Assembly: GCA_016285085.1 (NCBI GenBank)
Contig: JAEEQA010000003.1
Coordinates: forward strand, 110-64,109
Direction of reading: 5' to 3'
DNA: 64,000 bases
Origin: Bacteroidales bacterium
Lineage (GTDB): Bacteria > Bacteroidota > Bacteroidia > Bacteroidales > WCHB1-69
Shown here: one piece after another, positions 35,313 through 45,461 of the stretch
Layout of the letters: each line of letters opens with the position of its first letter
How positions within the stretch are numbered: position 1 is the stretch's first letter
Notes under the pieces: model-generated
What the model was told of the DNA's origin: nothing
What the model saw: only the letters and a program-made list of their open reading frames with translations
The model's database searches: none
Translations under genes and position numbers: made by a program

Positions 35313-35342
35313 TGTAGAGACGCGAATAATCGCGTCTCTACA
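35313..35342. repeat. REP-like hairpin, GAGACG family
   Basis: TGTAGAGACGCGA-ataa-TCGCGTCTCTACA. Lies between the GT4 gene and ispD. Confidence 0.9.
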
Positions 35343-35348
35343 TTATGG

Positions 35349-36512
35349 TTATTTTATGATGATTTCCTCCAATTTCTGGTTGATGCTTTCCCAGTTGTAG
35401 TTGAGCTTGACGAACTGGTATCCGTTTTCGGCGATTTCGCAGTACAATTCTTCATTTTCGAGCAGCTGCAACACCGCTTCAGCATAACCGGTGGTGGTGT
35501 TGCAAACCCATATCTCCTTCCCGTTCTCCACGTCCTTCAGCGGGCGGCCGGCCAGCGGGGATGTGACGCACGGCAGCTTCATCGACATGGCCTCCAACAA
35601 CTTGTTCTGCAGGCCGGTACCGAGATGCATCGGCGCGATAAAGATGCGGGATTTGGCATACCATTCCGACATATCGTCCACCCAGCCGGTCACAGTGACA
35701 TTGCGGCTGCGGAGGGACAGTACCCGCGCCGACGGATTGGCGCCACAGATGGCCACTTTCAGCCCGGGATGCTCTTCCAAAAGCAGCGGCAGCACTTCAC
35801 GGCAGAGATACTCCGCCGCCTCGATGTTCGGCGCATAGCCCATGTTGCCGGCAAAGATGAGGTCGTACTCCTTCGGACACGACTGGCAGGCGTACTTGTC
35901 GAAGTCCACCCCGTTGGCCACCACATGGATATGCTCGTTCTCCGTATGCGGAATCAGCTCGCGGTCCACCTCCGTAATGATGACCTTCTCGTCGAAATAG
36001 TCGAAAACGCGCCGCTCGTAGCGGGCCAGCCGCCGATACTCCCAACGGAAGAACGGCTTTTCGTACCATTTTCCCCTTTCGTAGCGACGCTGCATCCCTT
36101 TTGATAGGACATCCTGATAATCAATGACTTTTTTTACAGGAAGATGCTTCACATATTCGGCTGTGCGAATCAACTGGCAATAGACACGGTCGGGCTGAAC
36201 GCGCTCCAGCAATTCCTGAATAACTTTTTGCGCCTCCCTCTTGTAAAAATAGCCGCACTGCAGCGGAAGTCCCTTGAAAAATGCACGGACAATATTCCAG
36301 CACTTGCTTAAAGAAGAAAGTTTTACAACATGTATCTCTTTACAGAAAGGACGAATCTGCGCCAAGTCCTCCTCCGTGGGAAGTTCCTCGGCAAGAGTTA
36401 CAAGAAACAGCTCGTGGTTTCGCGACAACGTCCGCAGCTGGTGGTATGCCCGCAACTTGTCGCCCTTTTCAAGCGGATACGGGAAGCGGGGTAAAACGAC
36501 AACTATCTTCAT
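35349..36512 (-). CDS. Family 4 (GT-B) glycosyltransferase
   Basis: 387 aa. GT-B layout with a C-terminal EX7E-type region (LLEAMSMKLPCVTS). Confidence 0.85.
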   Translation of the reverse strand: MKIVVVLPRFPYPLEKGDKLRAYHQLRTLSRNHELFLVTLAEELPTEEDLAQIRPFCKEIHVVKLSSLSKCWNIVRAFFKGLPLQCGYFYKREAQKVIQELLERVQPDRVYCQLIRTAEYVKHLPVKKVIDYQDVLSKGMQRRYERGKWYEKPFFRWEYRRLARYERRVFDYFDEKVIITEVDRELIPHTENEHIHVVANGVDFDKYACQSCPKEYDLIFAGNMGYAPNIEAAEYLCREVLPLLLEEHPGLKVAICGANPSARVLSLRSRNVTVTGWVDDMSEWYAKSRIFIAPMHLGTGLQNKLLEAMSMKLPCVTSPLAGRPLKDVENGKEIWVCNTTTGYAEAVLQLLENEELYCEIAENGYQFVKLNYNWESINQKLEEIIIK

Positions 36513-36518
36513 TTTCAG

Positions 36519-36553
36519 GTCACAGGTTACAGGTGTCAGGTTTCAGGGGTCAG
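36519..36553. repeat. Heptad repeat GNNNCAG x5 directly upstream of GT4 gene start
   Basis: gtcacag gttacag gtgtcag gtttcag gggtcag. Starts 7 nt from the start codon (36512). Confidence 0.85.
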
Positions 36554-36580
36554 AGAATAAAATGTGATTATGTGTGCTAT

Positions 36581-36613
36581 TTGTAGGGATGTCATAGTAT
36601 GGCATCCCTACAA
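36581..36613. repeat. REP-like hairpin, GGGATG family
   Basis: TTGTAGGGATGTCATAGTATGGCATCCCTACAA. Lies between dnaJ and the GT4 gene. Confidence 0.85.
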
Positions 36614-36616
36614 AGG

Positions 36617-37768
36617 TTAATTTTCAAGAAACTGCCGCAGTCGGGCGAAGAAACTTTTCTCCTTTTTGTCGGGTTTAGGGTTGAAGTTCGGGGACTGGTT
36701 GAGCTGGTTGATGAGTTCTTTCTCTTCGCGGGTGAGGTTCTTGGGTGTCCAGATGTTGAGGTTGACGATGAGGTCGCCGCGCTGGTTGTAGTTGAGGTCG
36801 GGAAGGCCTTTGCCGCGCAGCCGGATCATCTGGCCGCTTTGGGTTCCGGCAGGGATTTTCACTTTCGCCTTTCCGCTCAGAAGCGGGATCTCGGCTTCGG
36901 TACCGAGGCACGCCTGCGGGAACGATATGAAATAATTAAGGTACAGATGGTTGCCATTCCGTTCAAAGACGGGGTGGTCTTCCACATGAATCACCACGTG
37001 CAGATCGCCGTTCACACCGCCGTTGGGAGCAGCGTTGCCTTTGCCGCGTTCCCGCAGTGTCATGCCATCCTCCACACCCGCAGGAATGGAGACGGAAACC
37101 ACCTCCTCGCCTTTCACGGTGCCGGTACCGCCGCACTTCGGGCATTTGTCCTTGATGATTTCGCCCTGTCCATGGCAAGCCGGACACGGCACCGTCTGCT
37201 GGATGATGCCGAACATGCTGCGTTGCTGCTGCATCACATAGCCCTGTCCGTGGCAGGTGGGGCACTGCGTAACCGATGACTTGTCCTTCGCGCCTGTGCC
37301 GCCGCACTGCTCGCAAACCACCTGTTTGGGAATTTTCAGTTTCTTGGTGCAGCCTGTAGCCACCTCTTCCAGCGTGAGTTTCACGTTGATACGGATGTCG
37401 CTGCCACGGCGCACTGCCTTGCGGGCACCGCCGCCGCCGCCAAAACCACGGAATCCACCGCCGAAAATGTCGCCGAACATGCTGCCGAAATGCTCGAAGA
37501 TGGAGCCCAAATCGCTGGTGTCGAAGCCGCCCGGCGCCGCACCGTGCAAACCTTCATGCCCGAACTGGTCGTAACGGGCACGCTTCTCGCTGTCGCTCAG
37601 CACCGCATACGCCTCTGCCGCCTCCTTGAACTTCTCCTCGGCTTCCTTGTTGCCCGGATTACGGTCAGGATGGTACTGCATGGCCATCTTGCGGTACGCT
37701 TTTTTTATCTCGTCGGCTGTGGCCGTTTTAGCCACACCCAATACTTCATAATAATCTCGTTTGTCCAT
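36617..37768 (-). CDS. dnaJ: Molecular chaperone DnaJ
   Basis: 383 aa. J-domain HPD (YHPDRNPG), G/F region, and four CxxCxGxG repeats. Confidence 0.97.
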   Translation of the reverse strand: MDKRDYYEVLGVAKTATADEIKKAYRKMAMQYHPDRNPGNKEAEEKFKEAAEAYAVLSDSEKRARYDQFGHEGLHGAAPGGFDTSDLGSIFEHFGSMFGDIFGGGFRGFGGGGGARKAVRRGSDIRINVKLTLEEVATGCTKKLKIPKQVVCEQCGGTGAKDKSSVTQCPTCHGQGYVMQQQRSMFGIIQQTVPCPACHGQGEIIKDKCPKCGGTGTVKGEEVVSVSIPAGVEDGMTLRERGKGNAAPNGGVNGDLHVVIHVEDHPVFERNGNHLYLNYFISFPQACLGTEAEIPLLSGKAKVKIPAGTQSGQMIRLRGKGLPDLNYNQRGDLIVNLNIWTPKNLTREEKELINQLNQSPNFNPKPDKKEKSFFARLRQFLEN

Positions 37769-37778
37769 CTTTCAAAAA

Positions 37779-38447
37779 TTATTGACCCACAACAACTTTA
37801 GCATAACGAATCACCTTGCCCTTGATTTTGTAACCCTTTTCGGTCACATCTATCACCTTGCCCTTTTCCTCTTCGGTAGGCGCAGGGAAATGGGTGACGG
37901 CCTCGTGGAGGTCCGTGTCAAACGCTTCCCCTTTGGCTTCGATTTCCGTTACGTCAAAACGTTTCAAAAGCTGAAGTAACTTATTGTAAATCAAATTAAA
38001 ACCTTCTTTAAGAATTGCCACATCCTCCAATTTTTCGTTGGCCTTGATGGCACGTTCAAAATCGTCGATGACGGGAAGCAGACTTAAAATCACCTTTTCA
38101 GAAGCGGTTTCAATCAGTTCCAGTTTTTCACGGTTGGTGCGTTTTTTATAGTTGTCAAACTCGGAATAGAGATGCAAGTACTTGTTGTTCAATTCCTTCT
38201 TCTGTTCCTCCAACTCCTCGACCTTCTTTTTTAGCTCCTCTTCCTTTTTGTTCTTTTTTCCAAAAAAACCGCGTTTTTCTTCCTTTTTCTCCCCCTGTTC
38301 AAGCTCCGTTTCCTGACAATTTTCGGGAGATTCCTGCACGTTTTCGTCAGTTTTCTGCTCTTCCGTTGACAAATTGTCAGTTTCACAGCCCTGAGGATTC
38401 TCTACAGGCTCTTCCCTTGGATCAAGATTCTTTTCATCTTTGTTCAT
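37779..38447 (-). CDS. grpE: Nucleotide exchange factor GrpE
   Basis: 222 aa. Acidic N-terminus, coiled coil and GrpE C-domain. Directly upstream of dnaJ. Confidence 0.95.
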   Translation of the reverse strand: MNKDEKNLDPREEPVENPQGCETDNLSTEEQKTDENVQESPENCQETELEQGEKKEEKRGFFGKKNKKEEELKKKVEELEEQKKELNNKYLHLYSEFDNYKKRTNREKLELIETASEKVILSLLPVIDDFERAIKANEKLEDVAILKEGFNLIYNKLLQLLKRFDVTEIEAKGEAFDTDLHEAVTHFPAPTEEEKGKVIDVTEKGYKIKGKVIRYAKVVVGQ

Positions 38448-38482
38448 AGTATATTCATTTTTAATTATTTACAAACCACAAT

Positions 38483-38519
38483 AAAAAATCCTCCGGAATG
38501 TCACATCGTCAATTCCGGA
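38483..38519 (-). terminator. Intrinsic terminator after HAD hydrolase gene
   Basis: Minus strand TCCGGAAT-tgacgatgtgac-ATTCCGGA followed by GGATTTTTT. Confidence 0.5.
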
Positions 38520-38572
38520 AAGACGATTCCCTTCTTGCAATAAGCTTGCCAAAGGACTCGAGTGACAAAACG

Positions 38573-39190
38573 TCAGATGTTCAGCCAGCGTTTTTCGCAT
38601 ACATCTTCCCCTTTGGGTAAAAGATAGGTGTGAAGTCCGGTCTGCTTGGCTCCTTCTATGTGCCGGACGGTATCGTCGATGAAGAGCGTTTCATCGGGAT
38701 TGAGCCCCGCCTCCGCAAGTACAAAACGGAAGGCTTCGACTTTGGGTTTCCGGAGATGGATCTCGTGGGAGAAAAAGAACTTCTTGAAGTACCGTTCAAA
38801 AATATTGTAACCATACTTTTCCTGAAGGAGCACGGAAAATCGCTCGCAATTCAACTGGTTGGTATTGCTGAAAAGATACAGATTATACTGGTTCCCAAGT
38901 TCTTCCAACATCTTAAGGCGATATTCGGGGACATCGATGATGATGGAGTTCCACGCATCGTCGATCTGCTGGTCCGTCATGGGAACGGTGGTCAGCGTAC
39001 GGATGTAGTCGCGGAATTCAGGAACGGAAATCTTGCCTTCTTCAAAAAGGTCGATGGGGCCAGACTGCGCCGCCTGCGTGAAATGGGTGTCGAAATCGGT
39101 GAAGCCGAGGCGGGCGAAGGATTCCGGCACATTCTGGTAGCGGATGTCGTACAAGACCCCGCCGAGGTCAAAAAGGATATTCTTAATCAT
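38573..39190 (-). CDS. HAD-superfamily hydrolase
   Basis: HAD motif I (ILFDLGGVL) and motif IV (FIDD). Start chosen at the third of three consecutive ATGs. Overlaps the upstream gene by 8 nt. Confidence 0.8.
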   Translation of the reverse strand: MIKNILFDLGGVLYDIRYQNVPESFARLGFTDFDTHFTQAAQSGPIDLFEEGKISVPEFRDYIRTLTTVPMTDQQIDDAWNSIIIDVPEYRLKMLEELGNQYNLYLFSNTNQLNCERFSVLLQEKYGYNIFERYFKKFFFSHEIHLRKPKVEAFRFVLAEAGLNPDETLFIDDTVRHIEGAKQTGLHTYLLPKGEDVCEKRWLNI

Positions 39191-39824
39191 CATCATTATT
39201 TGTAAAAGCTTGATAAACAATCACATCACCCTCATCGTAAAGTTCAATGGTGAACGTCTCCGTTTCGGTGACGTTGAGCGTGCCCTCCCAAAGGCGGGCG
39301 AACTGCCGAAGTGATGCGGGATACTTGAGATGGTGGTAGGTGATGCGGGTTTCAGGGGTAAAGCTGAAGACCGAGACAGGCTGTCCCACACTACAGGCAA
39401 AGGTTGTCGTTTGGTGAATCGGCGTGAAGATACCGTAGTTCGTGACCATCACCACCTCGAATTTCTTGGAGTAACCAACTAATAGACTGATATTTCCGAG
39501 TAGATGGTCTTCGCGCCGCCCGCCCCCGCCCAGAATGGCGAAACGCCGCACGCCCTGCGCCTCACAGTAGTTGACGGCTTTGGTCAAATCGTTGTACTCC
39601 TCGCTCCGGTCGTAACAAAGGCAGTCGGCGAACCGCGCCGCCAGTTCGGGTGTGATGGAATCGCCATCGCCCACAATCACCGTCGGCTCCACGCCGAGCG
39701 CCACCACACTGCCGACCGCACCGTCGCAACAGACAACCCGGCGTGCCTCCCGAAGCAAACGGAGGGCTTCGGGATGGGCGGGCGGTTCGCCGTTGGCCAC
39801 GATGACAGTATCGTATTGCAGCAT
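39183..39824 (-). CDS. Thiamine diphosphokinase
   Basis: 213 aa. VIVANG...CCDGA...GDGDS catalytic N-domain plus a thiamin-binding C-domain. Confidence 0.8.
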   Translation of the reverse strand: MLQYDTVIVANGEPPAHPEALRLLREARRVVCCDGAVGSVVALGVEPTVIVGDGDSITPELAARFADCLCYDRSEEYNDLTKAVNYCEAQGVRRFAILGGGGRREDHLLGNISLLVGYSKKFEVVMVTNYGIFTPIHQTTTFACSVGQPVSVFSFTPETRITYHHLKYPASLRQFARLWEGTLNVTETETFTIELYDEGDVIVYQAFTNNDDD

Positions 39825-39832
39825 ATTCGTTC

Positions 39833-40447
39833 CTATTTTTTCAAGATGGAAAACAGCGTTTTGAAAATCAGGCGCAAGTCTTCCACAACAGATTGGTTGT
39901 CAATATATTTCAGGTTCAATTCCAGTTTTGCCGGCATGATCTCCTCAATGTAGGTTCGGTCAGGGTCGGAGCTTTGGGCAAGCAGCTCATTTTCAGAAAT
40001 GTACTCAATGGAGGCATAGTCGGTAAGCCCGGGGCGGACGGAGAGCACCCGCCGCTGGCGCTCGTTGTACAGCGCCACATACTTCGGCACTTCCGGCCTC
40101 GGCCCCACAATGCTCATATCCCCCTTGATGATATTGAGGAACTGCGGAAGCTCGTCGATTTTGTATTTGCGCAGGAAGCGTCCGATGCGGGTGACGCGAC
40201 GGTCTTCTCCAACGGTAATTAATCCGCCGATTTTGTCGGCATCCTGCCGCATTGTACGGAATTTCAACAGTTTGAACTCCTTTCCGTCACGGCCCACACG
40301 GGTCTGCCGATAAAGAGCACCGCCTTTCGAGCCGCACGCGACCAACAGACCGATGCAGAGCCAAAAGGGACATAGAATCACCACCGCCGCGACGCAAGCG
40401 AAGAGGTCAAACGATCGTTTTATGATTTTACCGCCCGTTGTCAACAC
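39833..40447 (-). CDS. Small monotopic sugar-phosphate transferase (bacterial sugar transferase family)
   Basis: 204 aa. KLLKFRTM, DELPQ and GDMSIVGPRP motifs. Confidence 0.88.
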   Translation of the reverse strand: MLTTGGKIIKRSFDLFACVAAVVILCPFWLCIGLLVACGSKGGALYRQTRVGRDGKEFKLLKFRTMRQDADKIGGLITVGEDRRVTRIGRFLRKYKIDELPQFLNIIKGDMSIVGPRPEVPKYVALYNERQRRVLSVRPGLTDYASIEYISENELLAQSSDPDRTYIEEIMPAKLELNLKYIDNQSVVEDLRLIFKTLFSILKK

Positions 40448-40450
40448 CTT

Positions 40451-41953
40451 CTATTCGTTGTATTTATACTGGTCGCGGGCATTGCCACCCCAATAATCCT
40501 CCGGCGTGGTGATGTCGGGGTTGGAGTTCGGACTGAGGCGCTTCACGAGTTTCATCTGCCAAGCGGGATCGTTGATTTCCCCAATCAGGTCAGAGTGGAG
40601 AAGTTCGTAATTGTTCGAGATAAGATCCCTATTGTAAAAGATGAACTTTATATTCGTTTGGTTTCCAATAACATAATAATGCCAAATTTCGTATGGATAC
40701 GCTTGCGGGTCGTAGGGTTCTTCCGTGATGTGGGTCGGCGGCCCGTATTTCAGATAAACCCGTCCCCGGTCGGTGCGGTAACCCTGGATCACCTTGCTCC
40801 CGTAGCGTTTCTGTACATAATCGACCTTCGTCTTGTACTCCTTCCACGCGCCTTCGGGATCACTTTCGTTGCGTTTTGCCCAAAAGCTGTAGAAATATTT
40901 TTGTAGCTGCTCCATCGGTACTTTCTTCATCCGTTGGAGGAAGAACTCCTGTTCCATCCTCGTGCCGATGGGATAGAGGCAAGCCACATCCTCCTGCAAC
41001 TGTTTCAAGTCTGTCATCTTCTCCACGAACGTGTTCTCCACAACGACATCGTCATAGTTCTTCAGGTCGAGCTTGACAGAGGGATTGTTGCGCTGGAAGA
41101 AGCTGCTGGCCGAGGCAAGCACGGTGGAATCCCGATCCATCACGACCACGACGGCGTTGTAGTTTCCCGACGGGAGCTGGAAGATGTTGAACTGGTGGAG
41201 GAACAATGCGCGGGGCGCAGTCTTCAGATTCTTGTAGATAATGTTTTCAGGCTTGGCTGTCCGGTACTGCTCCGCCGGCGCAATATAGCTTTGCACGATA
41301 AACTCCCCTCCCCTTCCGAGCATCTTCTCGGTATTGTAAATCTCCACCGTAATCGGCAGTGCGTAAACATTTTCGGGCGCGTACTGGTTGAACAGCGGGG
41401 TGGCGGCGAACCCGTATTTCTCAAAGATGCCGTCTTCTCCGCTTGCATCCAGATGTCGCCACAGCGAGATGTTTGAAATGGAAACCTTGTCGGTGGGGAA
41501 GTCGGCCGACAGCAGGTCGATATAGCGGATGGTGTCCTGTTTGTTGCGGTCGATGATGGTGAAATAGAGCATATAATCCCCGTTGTTTATCCGCACATTC
41601 TGGATGTCGCTGAAGAACGGCTTTTCCGTAGCTACAGAATCCTCGAATTCATCACTAAGCAAAATGTAGTGCAGATTTTCAACAAGAGTATCTGAAGTTC
41701 TGTCATTTACAGCAACTTGAATCTCTATCTGGGCATTGTATTTTCCACGCTCGTTGCGGACGTACCTTGCCGTTTTCCCATTGACCAGGAACTGGAATTC
41801 AATATAGGGTTCCATCTCACCCGTGCAGTAGGCGTTGAAATTCACCACACATGAGAGTTTCGGCTCCGGCTCCGGTTTCTTGTCATTTTTCTTTTGGGCA
41901 AAAGAGAGAGTACAGATCAGGAAAGCACTGAAAAGCAATAAGATTTTTTTCAT
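40451..41953 (-). CDS. GWxTD domain-containing protein
   Basis: 500 aa. Signal peptide and a C-terminal GWxTD-type region (RGRVYLKYGPPTHI, PYEIWHY). Confidence 0.7.
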   Translation of the reverse strand: MKKILLLFSAFLICTLSFAQKKNDKKPEPEPKLSCVVNFNAYCTGEMEPYIEFQFLVNGKTARYVRNERGKYNAQIEIQVAVNDRTSDTLVENLHYILLSDEFEDSVATEKPFFSDIQNVRINNGDYMLYFTIIDRNKQDTIRYIDLLSADFPTDKVSISNISLWRHLDASGEDGIFEKYGFAATPLFNQYAPENVYALPITVEIYNTEKMLGRGGEFIVQSYIAPAEQYRTAKPENIIYKNLKTAPRALFLHQFNIFQLPSGNYNAVVVVMDRDSTVLASASSFFQRNNPSVKLDLKNYDDVVVENTFVEKMTDLKQLQEDVACLYPIGTRMEQEFFLQRMKKVPMEQLQKYFYSFWAKRNESDPEGAWKEYKTKVDYVQKRYGSKVIQGYRTDRGRVYLKYGPPTHITEEPYDPQAYPYEIWHYYVIGNQTNIKFIFYNRDLISNNYELLHSDLIGEINDPAWQMKLVKRLSPNSNPDITTPEDYWGGNARDQYKYNE

Positions 41954-41962
41954 AGTTCAGAT

Positions 41963-43657
41963 TTATTTGTTGAGGATTCCGACCATACAAACGAAAGAGG
42001 TGTTGAAATTATGGTCGGTGACTTTAAGGAGGGCGATGGCATAATTTTTTCCTGCCGGCACTTTCGGCAGCTTCACTTTGACTACGCCGGTGGACTTTTT
42101 CATCTTGAAGTTCTTGAAGGTACCGGTATTCCCGCCCGCCAACTGCACCTCAATGTCAAATTCGGGATTGGCCTTGGAGGAGTTGTAATACAGCTTGATC
42201 GGTCCTCCCTTACTGATGGCACGTTCCGGCAGGATGGTGACGTCGTCGTTGCTGTCGAATTGGGCAAGGAAGTTGTAGGCATAGACGAAATTGGTGATAC
42301 CGTAGCCGAGCTGCTTGTCAGGATGTGAATAATCGGCACCTGCCAGACGAACAGCATGAACAATCTGATAAGCAGAGCATTGCGGAAACAGTTGCCACAA
42401 ACAGGCAGTCATTCCGCAAAGAATCGGCGAGGAGAAGGAGGTGCCGTAGGAGAGGTCGGTTTTACCGCTCTCCCTGGCAATGACGGCCAGGGAGCCCACG
42501 GCAGCCGCATCGGGTTTAATCCGGTTGTCGGAAGTGGGTCCGTAAGAAGAGAAGCTCGATGCTTTGCCTTGATGATCCACGCCACCGACCGTCAGGATGT
42601 CTTTCGCATCGGCGGGGCAGGTGATGTAGTGCCACGCGTCGTCGCCTTCGTTGCCCGCACTGACACAGACAATGATGCCCTTGCTCACGGCAATGTCGGC
42701 AGCGAGGCTGGCACGGCTGGTTTCCCCGTCAATATCCTTATAAGTATAGGATTTTGATTTGTCGTCAAACTTGTAGTAGCCGAGCGATGAGTTGATAAGG
42801 TCGCAGCCGAGGCTGTCGGCGAGTTCGGCAGCAGCCACCCAGTTGTCTTCCTCGATTTTGTTCTCGCTGCGCCCATCCTCGGTCTGTGCAAGGAAGTAGG
42901 TGGCTTTCGGCGCGGTGCCCATCATCTCCTCCTCCAAATAGCCGGCCATACACGAAAGGGTCATCGTACCATGTGTGCCCTCCATAAAGACAGAACGGCC
43001 CGGCTGAACAAAATTACGGGTACCCACAAGGCGGCCTTCGTCCCGAAGAGCCTTGAAATGAGGTATTTCATTGGCATTTTCGAAGCCGCCGTCCAACACC
43101 ATAATGAACATCCCCTCGCCATGCGCCCCCATGCGGTGCAGCCACTGCGCCCGGTTGATGTTCGTCTGCGAATACGAATAACCATAGTCCAAATCTTCCC
43201 CTGTCTCAATCTTCAGCACCTCCGTGGTCTTGGCTGGCGGCGCGTACGAGGCGCGAGGATAGTCGAAATCCTCCTCGCTGTCCATAATGATCGTACACTC
43301 CGCACCTGACACGAAGGGAAGCTTCAGAATCTTGTCCATAATCCCCTCCTCTTCCGAATAGACGGTCACGCCGTTCAGCCATTTTGACTTGGTGAACAGC
43401 ACCATCGACTTGTCGATGGCCAGCAACTGCTTGATATAACTCTCATTGACAGGAAGATCCTGTTCTGTAATGGGGATATTGAACCGCTGTCGCTTTTCAA
43501 TGGCGCGGGGCGAAAGGAACTCCTCCGGACGGTCAACCGAATAGGGGGAATCCTTCTTGTCCTTGAACTCCACCCAGTATTTTGCAGGGTGCTGCGCCGA
43601 AAGAGTCAGCGTAAAAATGGACAACAAGGCGATGATTACAACTCTTTTCATAAGCAT
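41963..43657 (-). CDS. S8 (subtilisin-like) serine peptidase, probable T9SS substrate
   Basis: 564 aa. D-H-S triad contexts VLDGGF, HGTMTLS and GTSFSSP. Beta-rich ~80-aa C-terminal tail compatible with a T9SS CTD. Confidence 0.85.
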   Translation of the reverse strand: MLMKRVVIIALLSIFTLTLSAQHPAKYWVEFKDKKDSPYSVDRPEEFLSPRAIEKRQRFNIPITEQDLPVNESYIKQLLAIDKSMVLFTKSKWLNGVTVYSEEEGIMDKILKLPFVSGAECTIIMDSEEDFDYPRASYAPPAKTTEVLKIETGEDLDYGYSYSQTNINRAQWLHRMGAHGEGMFIMVLDGGFENANEIPHFKALRDEGRLVGTRNFVQPGRSVFMEGTHGTMTLSCMAGYLEEEMMGTAPKATYFLAQTEDGRSENKIEEDNWVAAAELADSLGCDLINSSLGYYKFDDKSKSYTYKDIDGETSRASLAADIAVSKGIIVCVSAGNEGDDAWHYITCPADAKDILTVGGVDHQGKASSFSSYGPTSDNRIKPDAAAVGSLAVIARESGKTDLSYGTSFSSPILCGMTACLWQLFPQCSAYQIVHAVRLAGADYSHPDKQLGYGITNFVYAYNFLAQFDSNDDVTILPERAISKGGPIKLYYNSSKANPEFDIEVQLAGGNTGTFKNFKMKKSTGVVKVKLPKVPAGKNYAIALLKVTDHNFNTSFVCMVGILNK

Positions 43658-43723
43658 ACGGGGCTTTACATGATTCTGAACCCAACGAAATAAAACGAGT
43701 TTTTTACAATAATATTATATAAG

Positions 43724-43772
43724 GGTAGAAGGTAAAAAGTAGCAGGTAGAAAGTACGGGGTGAAAAGAAGGT
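43724..43772. repeat. Heptad repeat (GGTAGAA-like) x7
   Basis: ggtagaa ggtaaaa agtagca ggtagaa agtacgg ggtgaaa agaaggt. Confidence 0.8.
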
Positions 43773-43802
43773 GACAAGACAGAAAGGAATAAAATAATTG
43801 TG

Positions 43803-43810
43803 TACCTTTG
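43803..43810 (+). promoter_or_regulatory. -7 box TACCTTTG upstream of TPR/PD40 gene
   Basis: 65 nt before ATG 43876. Confidence 0.5.
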
Positions 43811-43875
43811 CAGCCGCCAACGTCGGAATCCAATTTTCTGTCGGCCGTTTTTAGCACTACTATTTTCAAACATAG

Positions 43876-45450
43876 ATGAAATTAGATAAAATCCTTATTC
43901 TCAACATTCTATCAGCAGTAATTGTATCTTTCTTCCCTTCTTTCCTTTCGGCGCAGGGTGGACTTTTTACGGATGATGCCACGGCACGAAACGTTTTTTA
44001 TTCGGGAAACATGCACGAAGCGGTGAAACATTTTGACGAACTTCTCCGCATCGATTCGATGAATTATGAGTACAACATGCTATGCGGCTATGCCTATCTG
44101 AACTCCAACGTGGACAAAAGCCGGGCCGTGGTGCGGTTGGAACGGGCGCTCAAGAACCCGCGTGCCGACCAGCTTCTCCATTACGATTTGGGAAGGGCCT
44201 ACATGCTCAACTACCGTTTCGACGAGGCGATCGAGGAGTTCAAAACAGCGGCGGCCAAAGGGGTGAAACTGCAAAAGAGCGACATTCCCCTGCAGCGTTA
44301 CATCGAAATGTGCGAAAATGCGAAACTGCTGCTGAGCCTTGGCGCCGGGGTGACGATCGAGAATGTCGGCACCGCCGTCAACACCCCCTACCCAGACTAC
44401 AATGCTTTCATAAACGCCGATGAGAACATTCTCTATTTCTCGTCGAAGCAGCAGGGCAATAGCGGCAGCCAGCCCGATTTCGACGGCTACAAGATGGCGG
44501 ATGTCTATTGCGCCGAACGGGTGAACGGACAATGGCAGCCCGCCAAAAAGCTGCAAGCGCCCGTCAACAGCGGCTTTCAGGAGGATGTGGTCAGTGCCAC
44601 CAACGACGGCGAGACCCTTCTGCTGTACTTCAACAACGAGAAAGGTTTCGACGACATCTTTGTCACTCACAAGGAGAAAAAGCAGTTCACACGCCCGGAG
44701 ATGCTGAGTCTGACGGTCAACAGCCAGCAGCGCGAGGAGGCGGCGGCGCTCTCGCCCGACGGCAACTGGATCTTCTTCTCGTCCGACCGCCCCGGCGGCT
44801 TCGGCGGCCTCGACATTTATTTCTCGCGCCGCCTGCCCAACGGTGAATGGAGCAACGCCAAGAATGCCGGACCTTCCATCAACACCGAATACGACGACAG
44901 CTATCCCTACCTCGCCCCTGACGGCGCAACCTTTTACTTCAGCTCGCAGGGGCACAACAGCATGGGCGGCTTCGACCTCTTCCGCAGCACGTGGAACCCC
45001 GAGGAACAGTTCTTTTCCATTCCTGAGAACCTGTCGTTCCCTATCAACACCCCCGATGACAACAAAACCATATCCATAACGAAATCAGGCCGTTATGCCT
45101 ACATTGCCGACTTCCGCGCCGGCAGCAGCGGCGACCTTGACATCTACAAGGTCACCTTCACCGACGTGCCCGCCCCCTACTGTCCGGTAAAAGGCATCGT
45201 GGCCGACACCGACAGCGCCACCCTGATGACGGAACTGTCGAAATACCACGTCATTATCCGCGAGGCCGGCACCAAGGCGCAGGTGGGCATCTACCGTCCC
45301 AATGTGCACGACGGCAGCTTCACCTTCATCCTCCAGCCCGGATTTTACCTTATCGACTTTTATATAGACAACAAACTGAAAAGCACTGCCGAACTGGTCA
45401 TTGAAGATCGCGAACCCGACCGGCAGGTACAGGTGTTTTATCTGAAATAA
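43876..45450 (+). CDS. TPR + PD40 (TolB-like beta-propeller) repeat protein
   Basis: 524 aa. Signal peptide. PD40-type repeats FFSSDRPGGFGGLDIY and YFSSQGHNSMGGFDLF. Confidence 0.65.
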   Translation: MKLDKILILNILSAVIVSFFPSFLSAQGGLFTDDATARNVFYSGNMHEAVKHFDELLRIDSMNYEYNMLCGYAYLNSNVDKSRAVVRLERALKNPRADQLLHYDLGRAYMLNYRFDEAIEEFKTAAAKGVKLQKSDIPLQRYIEMCENAKLLLSLGAGVTIENVGTAVNTPYPDYNAFINADENILYFSSKQQGNSGSQPDFDGYKMADVYCAERVNGQWQPAKKLQAPVNSGFQEDVVSATNDGETLLLYFNNEKGFDDIFVTHKEKKQFTRPEMLSLTVNSQQREEAAALSPDGNWIFFSSDRPGGFGGLDIYFSRRLPNGEWSNAKNAGPSINTEYDDSYPYLAPDGATFYFSSQGHNSMGGFDLFRSTWNPEEQFFSIPENLSFPINTPDDNKTISITKSGRYAYIADFRAGSSGDLDIYKVTFTDVPAPYCPVKGIVADTDSATLMTELSKYHVIIREAGTKAQVGIYRPNVHDGSFTFILQPGFYLIDFYIDNKLKSTAELVIEDREPDRQVQVFYLK

Positions 45451-45461
45451 TTTCAGCCCAA

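Noticed and set aside
38448-38572. Heat-shock regulatory element (CIRCE-like) upstream of grpE-dnaJ
   Set aside because: No TTAGCACTC-N9-GAGTGCTAA-type inverted repeat is present. The only hairpin there fits a terminator for the upstream HAD gene.
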